Source: Pristiophorus japonicus (taxonomy: Eukaryota). From it: DNA of 64,000 nucleotides. Shown in pieces: positions 1-12,700 of the stretch (positions within the stretch are counted from its first letter, which is position 1; the number at the start of each line of letters is the position of its first letter). Made by a program: the position numbers and the translations under genes. The notes under the pieces are model-generated. The model did not search any database, was not told the origin of the DNA, and was given only the letters and a program-made list of their open reading frames with translations. The stretch lies in the NCBI RefSeq assembly GCF_044704955.1, contig NC_091982.1, positions 201,190,001 through 201,254,000 on the forward strand, in the 5' to 3' direction.

Positions 1-1357
1 TAAAAACACAATTTTAACATGCAACATAGGTGCAATTACGAGTAAATGCATTCAGCACACACGAACATGTCACAGCGAAATTGCCGCCAATAGAACAGTT
101 AAGACTATATTTATATGGATATATTTTTCTCCTTTTCCCTTCTAAACGCAATGGCTCTGTGGGTGAAAAAGACATTTGCAAACCAAAATTAAACCAGCAA
201 ATTACACTTCAATTCGTCAGCGGCGCACAAATGTTTCCTCACCCATTGAAGGTAATTGCAGGGCACACAAATGTAGAACGTACTGTAGTTGTTTAATTTT
301 TAGTAGTACCAAAATTATCTAGAATATCAATTATATTTAACACGCTGATGGATACAATTACGAGTAAATGCATACAGCTCGCAAGAACATGCATCCACAG
401 TTAAGTCACTGTACTCCTTGTGGGGAATTCTCCTACAACAACAAAAATCATAGGATGGCAAGACATCAAATAATTGCACAAAGTAAGTCAGTTCTCCGGG
501 CACTTTATGTTACCGTACACCAAGAAATATTCAATATCTTGTAGGTGGGGACAAACAGAAAAACACCATTTTGCAGCTAAAGTAGATAAAAAGGTAGATA
601 TTTCGTGCACGTTATTCTGGTAATATTTTTAAAGATTTGAGATATCCTCACTTGATAATCAAGACATCAAGCAACGTTACCAGAAAAAAAAGGTTAACGG
701 TGAAATATTGCAAAATATTTCTTTTTGACACCGACGCTTCCTTTTTTCAAATAAAATCAGAGTGACTGATGTCAACACGGGCGAGCGGACACGATTTTTC
801 GCCTCGCTCGCTAATCTTTTCTACCGAATTAGCCAATAACTAATCGGAGTCATGTTTTTACTTCCGTCGAAAAAATGAATTAAGTGGATGAATAAAATGA
901 AGCAAGTAACATTCAAATATCAACGCGCTGGCGCTGCATCAGCCTGTGGGAAAGTCAGATACACGATACTGCTACACGACTAGAGGATTGATGTGAATAA
1001 ACCGAGCCGTCTCCACATAGACGCGCCCGTACACACATTTAATACAAAGGTTGACTCTTTCTCGACATCTACATGTTCCAAGTGCGTGCCGTTTACAACT
1101 TCTTGCTACAATTTCGTTGAGCTCCCACTCCTGGACTGGACAGATTTTCAGAGTCAGTGCTGAAATCAAAACAGCCTTGCTTTCTACGCTTAATAAATGG
1201 TGCAAAAAACCTCACTTGTGCAATTGTCTTTGGTTATGTCAAAGGCAGGGAATACAGGTCGCGCGGCTTTTCATACGCTATATTTTTGAAATTTCCAATT
1301 ATTTTTCCAATTAGAACTCACGCGGCTGGATTAAACGAGGCAATAAATGAATTATAC

Positions 1358-1530
1358 CTTGCAGCCTTTCTGTCCTTCCCAGTTGGTAGTAAAAGCTCCG
1401 TTATTAGAGCTGGGGGCAGACCACATCGATCTGCAGCCGCTGCACCGCCCGGCCATTGGCACGCGGCGAACATCGCAGCTTCTGATTCGTTGACTCCGAC
1501 GTCAATCTTGTGGAATGTTGCAGACGCTGC
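1358..1530 (-). other. Putative noncoding first exon of the divergent gene (likely SERPINI1/neuroserpin); 5' end approximate
   Basis: Minus-strand donor AAG|GTATAA at the edge of the CpG island. Gene identity is from synteny only; no SERPINI1 coding sequence lies in the window. Confidence 0.4.
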
Positions 1531-1639
1531 GCGCGCGATGCTCACTGGGCGTTGTAGTTCATTCTCTGCCTCGCCCCTCATTGCCCGCCGCGGGCGCGGT
1601 TACAAGATGAACTACAAGTTCCACTGACCTCGGCGCGGC

Positions 1640-1695
1640 ATCTCCGGCACTGGCAGGCTGCGGATGAGGTCTTTCCGGCCGAGCCGTTGCCGACG
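1640..1695 (+). other. PDCD10: Putative noncoding first exon of PDCD10; transcription start approximate
   Basis: Strong donor CGACG|GTAAGC at 1695/1696 inside the CpG island, same strand as and upstream of the PDCD10 coding exons. Confidence 0.65.
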
Positions 1696-2088
1696 GTAAG
1701 CTTCCTTCTTTCGGCGGCGGGGCTGAGGCAATCGGCTGAAGCGCGGTGACCGAGTAACGAAGGGGGTCGAGGCTGGGTTTATTTTTTAAAGCCCGAATGC
1801 GTGTCGGTGAGTTTTTGTCAGCGGGTTGTTGTGCTGGTTCTGCGGCCTGCTCTGTGACGCCGGCCGCTTTCTTGGAAGGTGTCCGCCCAGCCCAGTTTGG
1901 GCCGCGGGCTGAGGGGCTCCTACACTCTGGGCTCCTTGCCTGTGAGGAGTTGCGAGCTCGAGTAGTGCAGCCGCCCGGAAGGATTAGTTTTCATATGAAG
2001 TCAGCCTCTGATAGCGGGGTTCAGGCTCTGAGGATTTTAAGAAGCTTTAAATAGAAAATCAACTTACGGAAGTATTTGTCTGAATTTG

Positions 2089-2135
2089 AGCTGCTTGGAA
2101 TGTATATGAATAAAGCTGCTTGGAATGTATATGAA
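2089..2135. repeat. Two-copy tandem duplication, period 25
   Basis: AGCTGCTTGGAATGTATATGAA at 2089-2110 and 2114-2135. Confidence 0.9.
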
Positions 2136-2439
2136 CATCTCTGTTTTACCAACCGTTCGTGTCTGTAACCCACCGGTAGCTTCAAATGTACAGGGGTCGA
2201 AGCCTTAAATTCTGCCTTTTAAACTTGTCGCAAAACAAAACTGCAGGTGCTTGGAGTTTTGAGTTTGCAAGTATAGTAACTTGTCGCATTAAGAAGTAGG
2301 GTATGTCGTTGTAAAAGGACGTGAATAATTGGCCAATGAAACCTTGAAAACAAAATGCAACAGCGCCTTACTTCCATAATTTCATATGCATTCGTAGGTT
2401 TTTGTGACTCTTGAAAATGAATGTATAAGGTTGAAAAAC

Positions 2440-3150
2440 ATCCTCACACAAAGGTATAATCAAAACATGGACACCTAGATAAAGAGAGATATTGCAAACA
2501 GTGATTATGAACTGGGTCAACGGTGGGATTTAGGGAAGAGAGCGATGTGGAGGAGTTTAGGGGTGGAATTCCAGAGCGAGGGACTTCGGTGGCTGAAGGT
2601 ACAACATCAATAGTGGGACAAATAGAGGGGTGCACACAAAGCTATAGGGATGATAAATTAACAACGTACATTTATATAGTGCCTTTAACATAGTAAAATG
2701 TCCTAGGGATGGGATTGTGGGGCTGGTGATTAGAGGGAGGGAAGGAGGGGTGAGGCCATGAAGAGATTTAAACATGAGTATTTTAAATGTGAAATAGTAA
2801 AGGACTGGGAGCATGGTTAGCGAGGACAGGAGTATTGGATGAGTGGGATGTGATGTGGGATAGGAATTGGGCAGCAAGGTCTAATGAACTCCAGCGCATG
2901 GAAGGTGGAGAATGGAAAGCTGGCCAGGATTGCATTGAAGTAGTCAAGTCAGGAGGTGGCAAAGCATAGATGAGTTTCAGTGGCAGATAGAGGTAGGAGT
3001 GGAGGCAGGTTGTGTGATGTAAGTGGTCTTTGTGATGGAGAGGATAAAGTGTTGGAAGCTCTGCTTGGGGTTGAATAGGATGCTGGTTCAGCCTGAGACA
3101 GTGGTTGGGAGGGGGAATGTAATTTGTGACTAGGGTTTGGAGTTTGTAGA
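2440..3150 (-). mobile_element. Degenerate L2 LINE fragments
   Basis: Reverse complement of the L2 3' tail (ACATTTATATAGTGCCTTTAACATAGTAAAATGTCC, about 2668-2704); resembles the + copies at 3680 and 37780. Confidence 0.6.
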
Positions 3151-3679
3151 TTTAGTTGCATACAGTGTCCTGCCTATTGATGGCTGCTACTACATCTGTC
3201 AGTGTACAGCTCCCATGAATTTAAGGCTTCATTATTGCCTTGCAGTTGCTCAGGATATTCATTATTGCCCACACAAAATCAAAATGTGACTGACCATTGG
3301 AGTTTAATGGTTTGATTTCGTAGCCTTGAGACTGCAACAATATTCCTATACTTTGAACCTGAGTCTAAGAGGGCAATAATTAATGGTTTTACTTTGTAAG
3401 CAAGCTTAAATTTCTAGTTGGTGTAAATTTTATAAGACCTGTTGTGGCCTATTCTGTAGTAGGATCTGCTTCAGTTCCTTTTTTGACAAGTTGGGCAAGA
3501 CAAGTGAGAGTTATTTCTTAATGACTCTACTGTTGATGATACTTTACATTTCTGTGATATTTGCTGGACAATAACTAAGCTGGTTTTCTGGGGTTGAGTT
3601 GTACATGACCTTAACTTTGATACATGGAACTAAAGAGATTTACTAAATGGTCAAATGTTTCTCAAGTGAACAAACTCTG

Positions 3680-4368
3680 TTCCCTAGCCACTGATTCCAT
3701 CCCTCTTCCCTGGCCACTGTCTGAGACTGAACCAGACTGTTTATTTGACCTTGAGATGAGCTTCCAACCCCAAAACTGCCAATTCCACTTCTGTAACATC
3801 CCCTGTCTCTGCCCTGCCTCAGGTTATCTGCTACTGAAACCCTCATTTATACCTTTGTTATCTCCTAGATTTGACTCTTCCAATGCTCTTCTAGCTGGCC
3901 TCCCACATTTTAACTTCTGTAAGCTAAAGCTGATCCAAAACTCTGCTATACCTTAACTCTCTCCAAGTTCTGTTCACCCATCACCCCTGTGCTCATTGAC
4001 CTACACTGGCTACTGATCTGGCAATACCTCTTCTATAATTCTCATCTTTGCTTCATCACCTCACCTCACCCCTCCCTATCTCCATAGCCTCCTCCAGCCC
4101 TACAACCCTCTGAGCTCTCTGTGTCCCTCCAATTCTGGCTTCTTGTGCACTCCAGATTTTCATCGCTCCATCAGTAGTGGTCATGCCTTCAGCTGCCTTG
4201 GCCCTAAGTTCTGGAATAATCTCCCTAAACCCCTCTGCCTCGCTACATCTCTCCTTTAAAACCTGTCCTAGCCCCTTATGTGGCTCGGTGTCAAATTTTG
4301 TTTGTTTCTGTGAAATGCTGTGGGACATTTTACTACATTAAAGTACTATATAAATACAAGTTGTTGTT
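3680..4368 (+). mobile_element. L2 LINE 3' fragment
   Basis: ORF remnant SPRFDSSNALLAGLP...KLKLIQNSA, typical of the L2 ORF2 C-terminus. Tail GGGACATTTTACTACATTAAAGTACTATATAAATACAAGTTGTTGTT. Confidence 0.8.
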
Positions 4369-5214
4369 ATAAAACTGCCTCACTTATTAACTGATTAATT
4401 CTGCTGAGATTTTAAAATTGATGATGTCTAGGAATATTATTTTAGTAATCTGCATATTAAATTCCAATAATATAGTAATTGTACCATGGATTTATTCAGT
4501 AATGCTACAATTGCAGTTTTATTTAACAAGTAAATGAATGTAATTACAATGAAAATGCCTTTGCCTCATAAGATTTACTTCTGTTTCATACTTTTTGTTT
4601 GAATTGCCTTACCTATTTTTCCCCCATAAATTTATTTAAGTTTTGGTATAAACATAATACTTAACCAAGTTAGCTCTGAAAGTAAAGGAACCAAGTTTGC
4701 TTTCAGGTTGATTTTAAAATGAGTTTTTTTTAGGACTCACTTTTGCAAGAAATTTTAGGTTCATTGGTTTATTGCTCAATACCTATTCAATGGATTTCAT
4801 CACATGGCCAATAAAGTAAAATGTTCCACATTTAACTTTGTATATAGAATTACACCTTAATGGAAGAATGGGATAACACATTATTTCTGTGCTAAATATA
4901 TTCTCAGCAATGTGGCCACATGTTGCAGTCTGCTCTATCTTTGGCTGAAGCGTTCATGTGAATTTAATTCTTCATTCCTTGTTGAGGGCATTTTCAAGAT
5001 AAAGGTTACTATTCTGGATAGAGGCAGCCCATGTGACCTGGTAAAGCATATTGTCAATCCCTCTGATTTAATGTTTGTTGCAGGTTGATTTTTATTTAAA
5101 CATTACTTGTCTTTATAAGTTAATTATTGGTGAACTGAAATGTCAAACCTACCCCATGTATTGGAAGACCATGCCAGGTGTTTCATGCTGCATTCTGTGG
5201 TTCCTAATCACATC

Positions 5215-5970
5215 GGCCTGGAGTTTGCAGTCAGCAGCAAACGAAAGGTACTGCTATTCATTACGCTTACACTTAGCCACAGAATTTCTGTGGACCGTTA
5301 TGCTGTGATTTGCGGTTATCAAAGTCAAAATAGCGCAGCCCTGTACAGGGGATCTATGTGAGCAGAGCAAGCGAGTTTGTCTCTTCAGCTGATCAGATTG
5401 AAGAATCTTTACTGAGGCACGCAGAGCCCAAACCAGGAAGTGTAAGTTAGAATATTTAATTCAATTTAAAATCATGAACAGAAAGTGAAGTAGAGAGGGA
5501 AAGAAAGATGGGATTGAGAGATATGAGACGGAAAGAAAAAGTAAAAATTCATTTTTACATTTTTAAAAATCTCCAACAATTATCAAAATTTGATGGAATG
5601 AGGCTCCATACTTGTAAAAGTTAATTTTCAGTGCCAGAGCTGTTACTTGGCAGTAATTTTAAGCCTTATCACACTTTTTAAAATTCACTTACATTTAAAT
5701 GGACAAGCCCTAACTTTTTCCTGACTTGTTTAGTAGGTATCTAGTGGGTAAGTAACACAACTTCACACCCTTCGTCTATTTGAATGCCGCGTCTCTCAGC
5801 GAAGTACCGTTCTAGTGAAGCTTGTGGAGGAGCGGGGCAAATTGGGCAGCAACTTCTTTATTTCTGCATTTAACTGCGCATGTGTGGACACCGGAAGTTG
5901 CTGTCCGATTTACACCTTGGTAATGGGAGCACTGATTGACTCCCGATTATTGTACTGCAAAATCTGGGCC
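5215..5970. mobile_element. Old non-autonomous PIF/Harbinger-type MITE
   Basis: Imperfect TIRs GGCCTGGAGTTTGCAGT / ACTGCAAAATCTGGGCC. The body is the reverse complement of the 9001-9545 element (shared AATTACTGCC...CTCTGGCACTGAAAA block). Confidence 0.65.
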
Positions 5971-6308
5971 AATATTTCATTTCCGTTTGTGTTGGCAAAA
6001 TCTAATTGTGGTGCTACATCTTTTTAAAAAGCTTGCTATATGTTCTGCATTCTTCGAACCACATTAGCGTTTGAGTTATGACACTCTGTCCTTGGCCTTC
6101 GGTTATGCAGTTCAAAGAAAACTCCTATATAAATAAATGTAGCAAACCTTTTATGTGGAAGTGCTTGGACACTATAGACTTGATTAAATTTTACACCTTG
6201 ATAAGAATGTCCATACATGCTGACATCTGATTCTATAGAGAATGTAAAGTTTACCTGCCTTCTGTCCATCGTTGAAGGAAAGAGGGCATAAATAATTGCC
6301 AACATTTT

Positions 6309-7439
6309 GGGCCCAGGTTTCCACACGATACAAAACGGGCGCCCCTCCGAGCTGGGCGCCTATTTTCCGCGCCTAAAACGTTCTGCAGCTCCTTATCTGC
6401 CTGGCGCGGCGCCCAGGGGGGCGGAGCCTACACTTGCGCCGATTTTGTAAGTGGGAGGGGGCGGGTACTATTTAAATTAGTTTTTTTTCCTGCCGGCAAC
6501 GCTGCGCGAATGCATTGGAGCGTTCGCGCACACGCAGTGTGAAAAAAACATTGGCACTCGGCCATTTTTGTAGTTCTTTGTAGCTGTTTAATTTTTGAAA
6601 TTTTTTTTTTAATAAAAGCACATTGCCATCAGCACATGCAGCCTTCTCACTGTCTCCCCCCCCGCCCCCCAGCGGGAAGAACGGGTGCCGCCTCCCCCCC
6701 TCCCCCAAGCGGGAAGAACGGGTGCCTCCTCCCCCCCCCCCCCCATGGGAAAAATGGGTGCCTCCTCCCCACCCCCACCCCCGTGGGAAGACCCCCCCCA
6801 CCGCGCGGGAAAGAACGGGCGCCTCCTACACCCCACGGGAAGAACGGGCGGCGCCTCTTTCTCCCCCCCCCCCCCCCCCCCCCCCCCGGGGAAAGAACGG
6901 GCGCCTCTCCCACCCTGCGGGAAAGAACGGGCGCCTAAGGCTGGCTGCAGCATTCTCCGTGCCTGAAGCACTTTCACACAGGTAGGAAGATGGTTTATTT
7001 AATCTTAATCTTTTCTTTGCTTATAAATGTTTATTCAGGTTGGATTTATTTGTAGAAATATAAATAAGGATTTATTGTAGAATTTAATGACTTCCCTTCT
7101 CCCTCCCCCCCCCTCCCACCTCGTTCTGGACGCCTAATTTGTAACCTGCGCCTGATTTTTTTAATGTGTAGAACAGGTTTTTTCAGTTCTACAAAAATCT
7201 TCACTTGCTCCATTCTAACTTAGTTTGGAGTACGTTTTCACTGTGGAAACTTTGAAATCAGGCGTCAGTGGCCGGACACGCCCCCTTTTTGAAGAAAAAA
7301 ATTCTGTTCCAAAGTAGAACTGTTCTACCTGACTAGAACTGCAGAAAAAAAAATGTGGAGAATTGCGATTTCTAAGATAGTCCGTTCTCCACCAGTTGCT
7401 CCTAAAAATCAGGCGCAAATCATGTGGAAACTTGGGCCC
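6309..7439. mobile_element. Non-autonomous PIF/Harbinger-type MITE with tandem-repeat centre
   Basis: TIRs GGGCCCAGGTTTCCAC / GTGGAAACTTGGGCCC. Right arm shared with 41860-42328 and, inverted, with 25595-25870. Confidence 0.8.
6650..6937. repeat. Minisatellite: about 7 units of GGGA(A)AGAACGGG(C/T)GCC separated by poly-C
   Basis: Repeated unit visible directly; explains the Pro/Gly-rich spurious ORFs. Confidence 0.9.
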
Positions 7440-8447
7440 ATACATTGGTAGTTAGCTCACTAAAACAAATATTAAGGTACACTTTTCTCATTGTTGAATG
7501 AAATAATGACTCTGTTAAAGTGCCTAAAACATTGTGCCATTTGAAGAATTGACTCACTTATAAGCAAATTCATTCTTGTCCAGCAGCTTCAAAGTAGGTC
7601 CTGCAAGAAATGGTTTTTTGGGTTTCTCTTGCCCTTGGCCATCAACTTTGCTGTCGCAACTTTTTTCTCTCTCTCCCGTACTGCTCTGGCCTTTCTTGTT
7701 TTTCGCAAGCTGGAAACATGCAATCCTGCACATGCTTCCTCCTTTTAAAATCCTCAAAAGAATAAAAATTCTTACAGAATAAAATTTCTTACCTTTGAAA
7801 GTCTTTCCTTCCCCAGGCTGGGGTCACTTACTTTTTGATAAGCATCTACTCTTTCCAACTGTAGTTGTAAGCTGCACTTCAGGCCATGGCCCCTCACTTA
7901 GGTATTAACAGTCAGAAAATTCAAGTGAATAATGCCATTTCATACAAATGAAATAATTTTAGAAGTTTGCAGTCAATGGCTAAAGCTGTATAAATCTTGA
8001 TCAGCTGTTGTATTCTCTTTGCAAATTGTGGAATGTTGGATGTTGACAGCAAACTTCAAGTCCATACTTTTCAAAAGTAATTATCATTTATTTTTGTCTT
8101 GCATATTTTAGGCATTGTATGTGCAAGATTGACATTTCAGACATGAATATCAAAATGCAATGCTCTACTAGATGGTCACCCTCCTGTGGCATTCCTTACA
8201 GGGAGTCAAGATCAAGTACAGCATTTAGAATAAGGGTTAGACGGCAGAGGGATAATGGCATCCTAACTGGATAGAGATAGAGAACTGAACCTTCCCCTCT
8301 TGCATGCGCATGCCACACCCCCACCCACATCCCCCTGAAAAAAATTCAGAAAGCATTTTGAGCAATTTATCGAATCTGATGACCAGATTGCAGACTCATC
8401 GTCATATATTCTAACGATGGAAATAACTTTATTTGACGTCATAAATT

Positions 8448-8990
8448 GGCCCAGAAATTGTGGGCGGATGCCTCGCGACCAAATTTTTTTTTACGAAAGC
8501 ACCTGGTGATACCGGAGTAATGTAGACTTGCACTCTGGGGCCTCCATTCACAGTCCAGCGTAGGGACCCACATATTCCAAGAGTGTATGTGGGCCGGATC
8601 AACCAATGAAAATGGCATTTGTACGGACACCACCATTTCTGTGAATGGGGATACCCTCCAAAAAACAGGCATTTTAAATAAATAAGAATTGTTTTAGTGG
8701 GGTAAAAATAAACTTATCTTAATGGACAGGGTTTTTAATATAAAAATTTTATTTTTCTATCTTTTAAAACTCTTACACTGGTAAAAGCAGGCCGCAGGCA
8801 AATAGCCCAAATCTCTGCCCACGAAGGCCCTTCTCCGGGGATGCGTTGGAATTGTCAAAAGACTTTTTGACAGTTGGCAAGTGCCAGTTTTCAGCTCATG
8901 CGCATTGCGCGCCAAGAACTGACACCTGCGGGGCCTCTACGGGCACGTGCGCACATCGTACGTGCCCGCAGAGACTGCAATTTTTGGCCC
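8448..8990. mobile_element. Harbinger-type MITE
   Basis: Imperfect TIRs GGCCCAGAAATTG / CAATTTTTGGCCC; flanks ATT / AAT. Confidence 0.6.
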
Positions 8991-9547
8991 AATATATAAT
9001 GGGCTGGATTTTGTTGTAGAAATAATGGTCAGGCTAGCAGTGCTCACCGTTATTGAAGTGCAAGTCAGACCGCAATTTCTGATGACCGCACGTGCAGTTA
9101 AACACAGAAATCCAGAGTTTCTGAGATGTGCTGCTCCTCCACAATCTGCGCTGTACTGGTATCTTACTGAGCGACTCGGCATTGAAATACGTAGAACGGT
9201 GTGAAGCTGCTGTACTTGTGTGATATAAAAACCCGCTAAACTCGTTCGAAAAAGTGTAAGTACAGCTGAACCCTTTTAATGGCGTAATAAGTCTTAATTA
9301 CTGCCAAACAACCTCTCTGGCACTGAAAAGTACATTTTGCAGTGTGGAGTCTCATTCCTTCAGATTTTAATTATTGTTGATTTAAAACTTTTTAATTTGT
9401 TCTTTCTGTCTCTTATCTATCTTTTTGATCCCATTATTCTTTCCCCCTCTCTATTACGTTTTTGTACTTGACTTAACATTGTGCTAACTATTCTAACCGA
9501 CACTTCCTGATTCACACGCTGTGCTGCTCGTTAACAACTCTTCAATT

Positions 9548-12500
9548 AGAACATAACATCAGAAATAGGAGCAGGAATAGGCCACTTGGCCCCTCGAGCC
9601 TGCTCCGCCATTTAATAAGATCATGGCTGATCTGATCATGGACTCAGCTCCACTTCCCTGCCCGCTCCCCATAACCCTTTATTCCCTTATTGCTCAAAAA
9701 TCTGTCTATCTCTGCCTTAAATATATTCAATGACCCAGCCTCCATAGCTCTCGGGCAGAGAATTCCATAGAAACATAGAAAATAGGTGCAGGAGTAGGCC
9801 ATTCGGCCCTTCGAGCCTGCATCACCATTCAATGAGTTCATGGCTGAATATGCAACTTCAGTACCCCATTCCTGCTTTCTCGCCATACCCCTTGATCCCC
9901 CTACTAGTAAGGACTACATCTAACTCCTTTTTGAGGACATTTAGTGAATTGGCCTCAGCAACTTTCTGTGGTAGAGAATTCCACAGGTTCACCACTCTCT
10001 GGGTGAAGAAGTTTCTCCTCATCTTGGTCCTAAATGGCTTACCCCTTATCCTTAGACTGTGACCCCTGGTTCTGGACTTCCTCAACATTGGAAACATTCT
10101 TCCTGCATCTAATCTGTCTAAACCTGTCAGAATTTTAAACTATTCTATGAGATCCCCTCTCATTCTTCTGGACTCCAGTGAATACAAGCCCAGTTGATCC
10201 AGTCTTTCTTGATATGTCAGTCACGCCATCCTGGGAATCAGTCTGGTGAACCTTCACTGCATTCCCTCAATAGCAAGAATGTCCTTCCTCAAGTTAGGAG
10301 ACCAAAACTGTACACAATACTCCAGGTGTGGCCTCACCAAGGCCCTGTACAACTGTAGTAACACCTCCCTGCCCCTATACTCAAATCCCCTTGCTATGAA
10401 GGCCAACATGCCATTTGCCGACTGAACCGCCTGCTGTACCTGCATGCCAACCTTCAATGAATGATGTACCATGACACTCTGGTCTCGTTGCACCTCCCCT
10501 TTTCCTAATCTGTCACCATTCAGATAATAGTCTGTCTCTCTGTTTTTACAACCAAAGTGGACAACCTCACATTTATCCACATTATACTTCATCTGCCATG
10601 CATTTACCTACTCACCTAACCTATCCAAGTCACTGCAGCCTCATAGCATCCTCCTCGCAGTGCACACTGCCACCCAACTTAGTGTCATCCGCAAATTTGG
10701 AGATACTACATTTAATCCCCTCGTCCAAATCATTAATGTACAGTGTAAACAGCTGGGGCCCCAGCACAGAACCTTGCGGTACCCCACTAGTCACTGCCTA
10801 CCATTCTGAAAAGTGCCCATTTACTCCTACTCTTTGCTTCCTGTCTGCCAACCAGTTCTCAGTCCACGTCAGCACACTATCCCCAATCCCATGTGCTTTA
10901 ACTTTGCACATTAATCTCTTGTGTGGGACCTTGTTTGAAAGCCTTCTGAAAGCCCAAATACACCACATCAACTGGTTCTCCCTTGTCCACTCTACTGGAA
11001 ACATCCTCAAAAAATTCCAGAAGATTTGTCGAGCATCATTTCCCTTTCACAAATCCATGCTGACTTGGACCTATCATTTCACCTCTTTCCAAATGCACTG
11101 CTATGACATCCTTAATAATTGATTCCATCATTTTACCCACTACCGATGGCAGGCTGACCGGTCTATAATTCCCTGTTTTCTCTCTTCCCTCCTTTTTTAA
11201 AAAGTGGGTTTGCATTGGCTACCCTCCACTCCATAGGAACTGATCGAGTCTATGGAATGTTGGAAAATGACTGTCAATGCATCTGCTATTTCCAAGGCCA
11301 CCTCCTTAAGTACTCTGGGATGCAGACCATCAGACCCTGGGGATTTATCGGCCTTCAATCCCATCAATTTCCTCAACACAATTTCCTGACTAATAAGGAT
11401 TTCCCTCAGTTCCTCCTTCTTACTAGACCCTCTGACCCCTTTTATATCCGGAAGGTTGTTTGTGTCCTCCTTAATGGATACCGAACCAAAGTACTTGTTC
11501 AATTGGTCCGCCATTTCTTTGTTCCCAGTTATGACTTCCCCTGATTCTGACTGCAGGGGACCTAAGTTTGTTTTTACTAACCTTTTTCTCTTTACATATC
11601 TATAGAAGCTTTTGCAGTCCATTTTAATGTTCCCTGCAAGCTTCCTCTCGTACTCTATTTTTCCTGCCCTAATCTAACGCTTTGTCCTCCTCTGCTGAGT
11701 TCTAAATTTCTCCCAGTCCTCTGGTTCGCTGCTATTTCTGGCCAATTTGTATGCCACTTCCTTGGCTTTAATATTATAATTTCCCTTGATAGCCACAGTT
11801 GAGCCACCTTCCCTTTTTTATTTTTATGCCAGACAGGGATGTACAATTGTTGTAGTTCATCCATGCGGTCTCTAAATGTCTGCCATTGCCCATCCACTGT
11901 CAACCCCTTAAGTATTATTCGCCAATCTATCCTAGCCAATTCACGCCTCATACCTTCAAAGTTACCCTTCTTTAAGTTCTGGACCATGGTCTCTGAATTA
12001 ACTGTTTCCTTCTCCATCCTAATGTAGAATTCCACCATATTATGGTCATTCTTCCCCAAGGGGCCTCACACAACGAGATTGTTAATTAATCCTCTCTCAT
12101 TACACAACACCCAGTCTAAGATGGCCATCCGCCCCCTAGTTGGTTCCTCGACATATTGGTCTGGAAAACCATCCCTTATGCACTCCAGGAAATCCTCCTC
12201 CACTGTATTGTTTCCAGTGTGGTTAGCCCAATCTATATGCATATTAAAGTCACCCATGATAACTGCTGTACCTTTATTGCATGCACCCCTAATTTCCTGT
12301 TTGCCCTCCCCAACATCACTACTACTGTTTGGAGGTCTGTACACAACTCCCACTAGCGTTTTCAACCCTTTGGAATCCCGTAGCTGCACCCATACCGATT
12401 CCACGTCATCCAAGCTAATGTCCTTCCTTACAATTGCATTAATTTCCTCTTTAACCAGCAACGCCACCCCGCCTCCTTTTCCTTTCTGTCTATCTTTCCT

Positions 12501-12700
12501 AAACCTTTCTGTCTATCTTTCCTAATTTACAACCCTGAGAAGAAATTCCTCCTTATCTCAGTTTTAAATGGGCGACCCCTTATTCTAAGACTATGTCCCC
12601 TAGTTTTAGTTTCCCCTATGAGTGGAAATATTCTCTTTGCATCCACCTTGTCGAGCCCCCTCATTATCTTGTATGTTTCGATAAGATCACCTCTCATTCC
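9548..12700 (-). mobile_element. Short CR1 3' fragment (family B, TATGTTCT tail), in two pieces 9548-9765 and 12526-12700
   Basis: Tail AGAACATA. The sequence GAGAATTCCATAG|...|ATTTACAACCC is continuous across the family A insert. ORF remnant MRGDLIETYKIMRGLDKVDA. Confidence 0.8.
9766..12525 (-). mobile_element. CR1 LINE (family A), 5'-truncated, ORF2 endonuclease plus RT broken by stops and frameshifts
   Basis: APE motifs (VGVVYRPPN, IMGDFN, ILDWVL), RT region ([14 protein letters not shown]), LYRALVRPHLEYCVQFWSP; octamer tail (TATGTTTC)n at 9766-9780. Confidence 0.95.

Larger units (their letters stand above)
1300..1990. promoter_or_regulatory. CpG-rich, probably bidirectional promoter (PDCD10 on +, likely SERPINI1 on -)
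   Basis: GC/CpG-rich island in AT-rich surroundings. Outward-facing splice donors on each side (+ ACG|GTAAGC at 1696; - AAG|GTATAA at 1357). Two opposed ACTACAA motifs at 1552-1562 and 1607-1617. PDCD10 and SERPINI1 are known to be head-to-head in mammals. Confidence 0.75.

Noticed and set aside
972-2054. Overlapping 77-156 aa ORFs around the CpG island
   Set aside because: No recognisable domain; expected by chance in GC-rich promoter DNA.
6472-6985. Six overlapping Pro/Gly-rich ORFs, and a possible CRISPR-like repeat-spacer pattern
   Set aside because: They are translations of a minisatellite. The spacers are poly-C rather than unique, there are no cas genes, and the context is eukaryotic.
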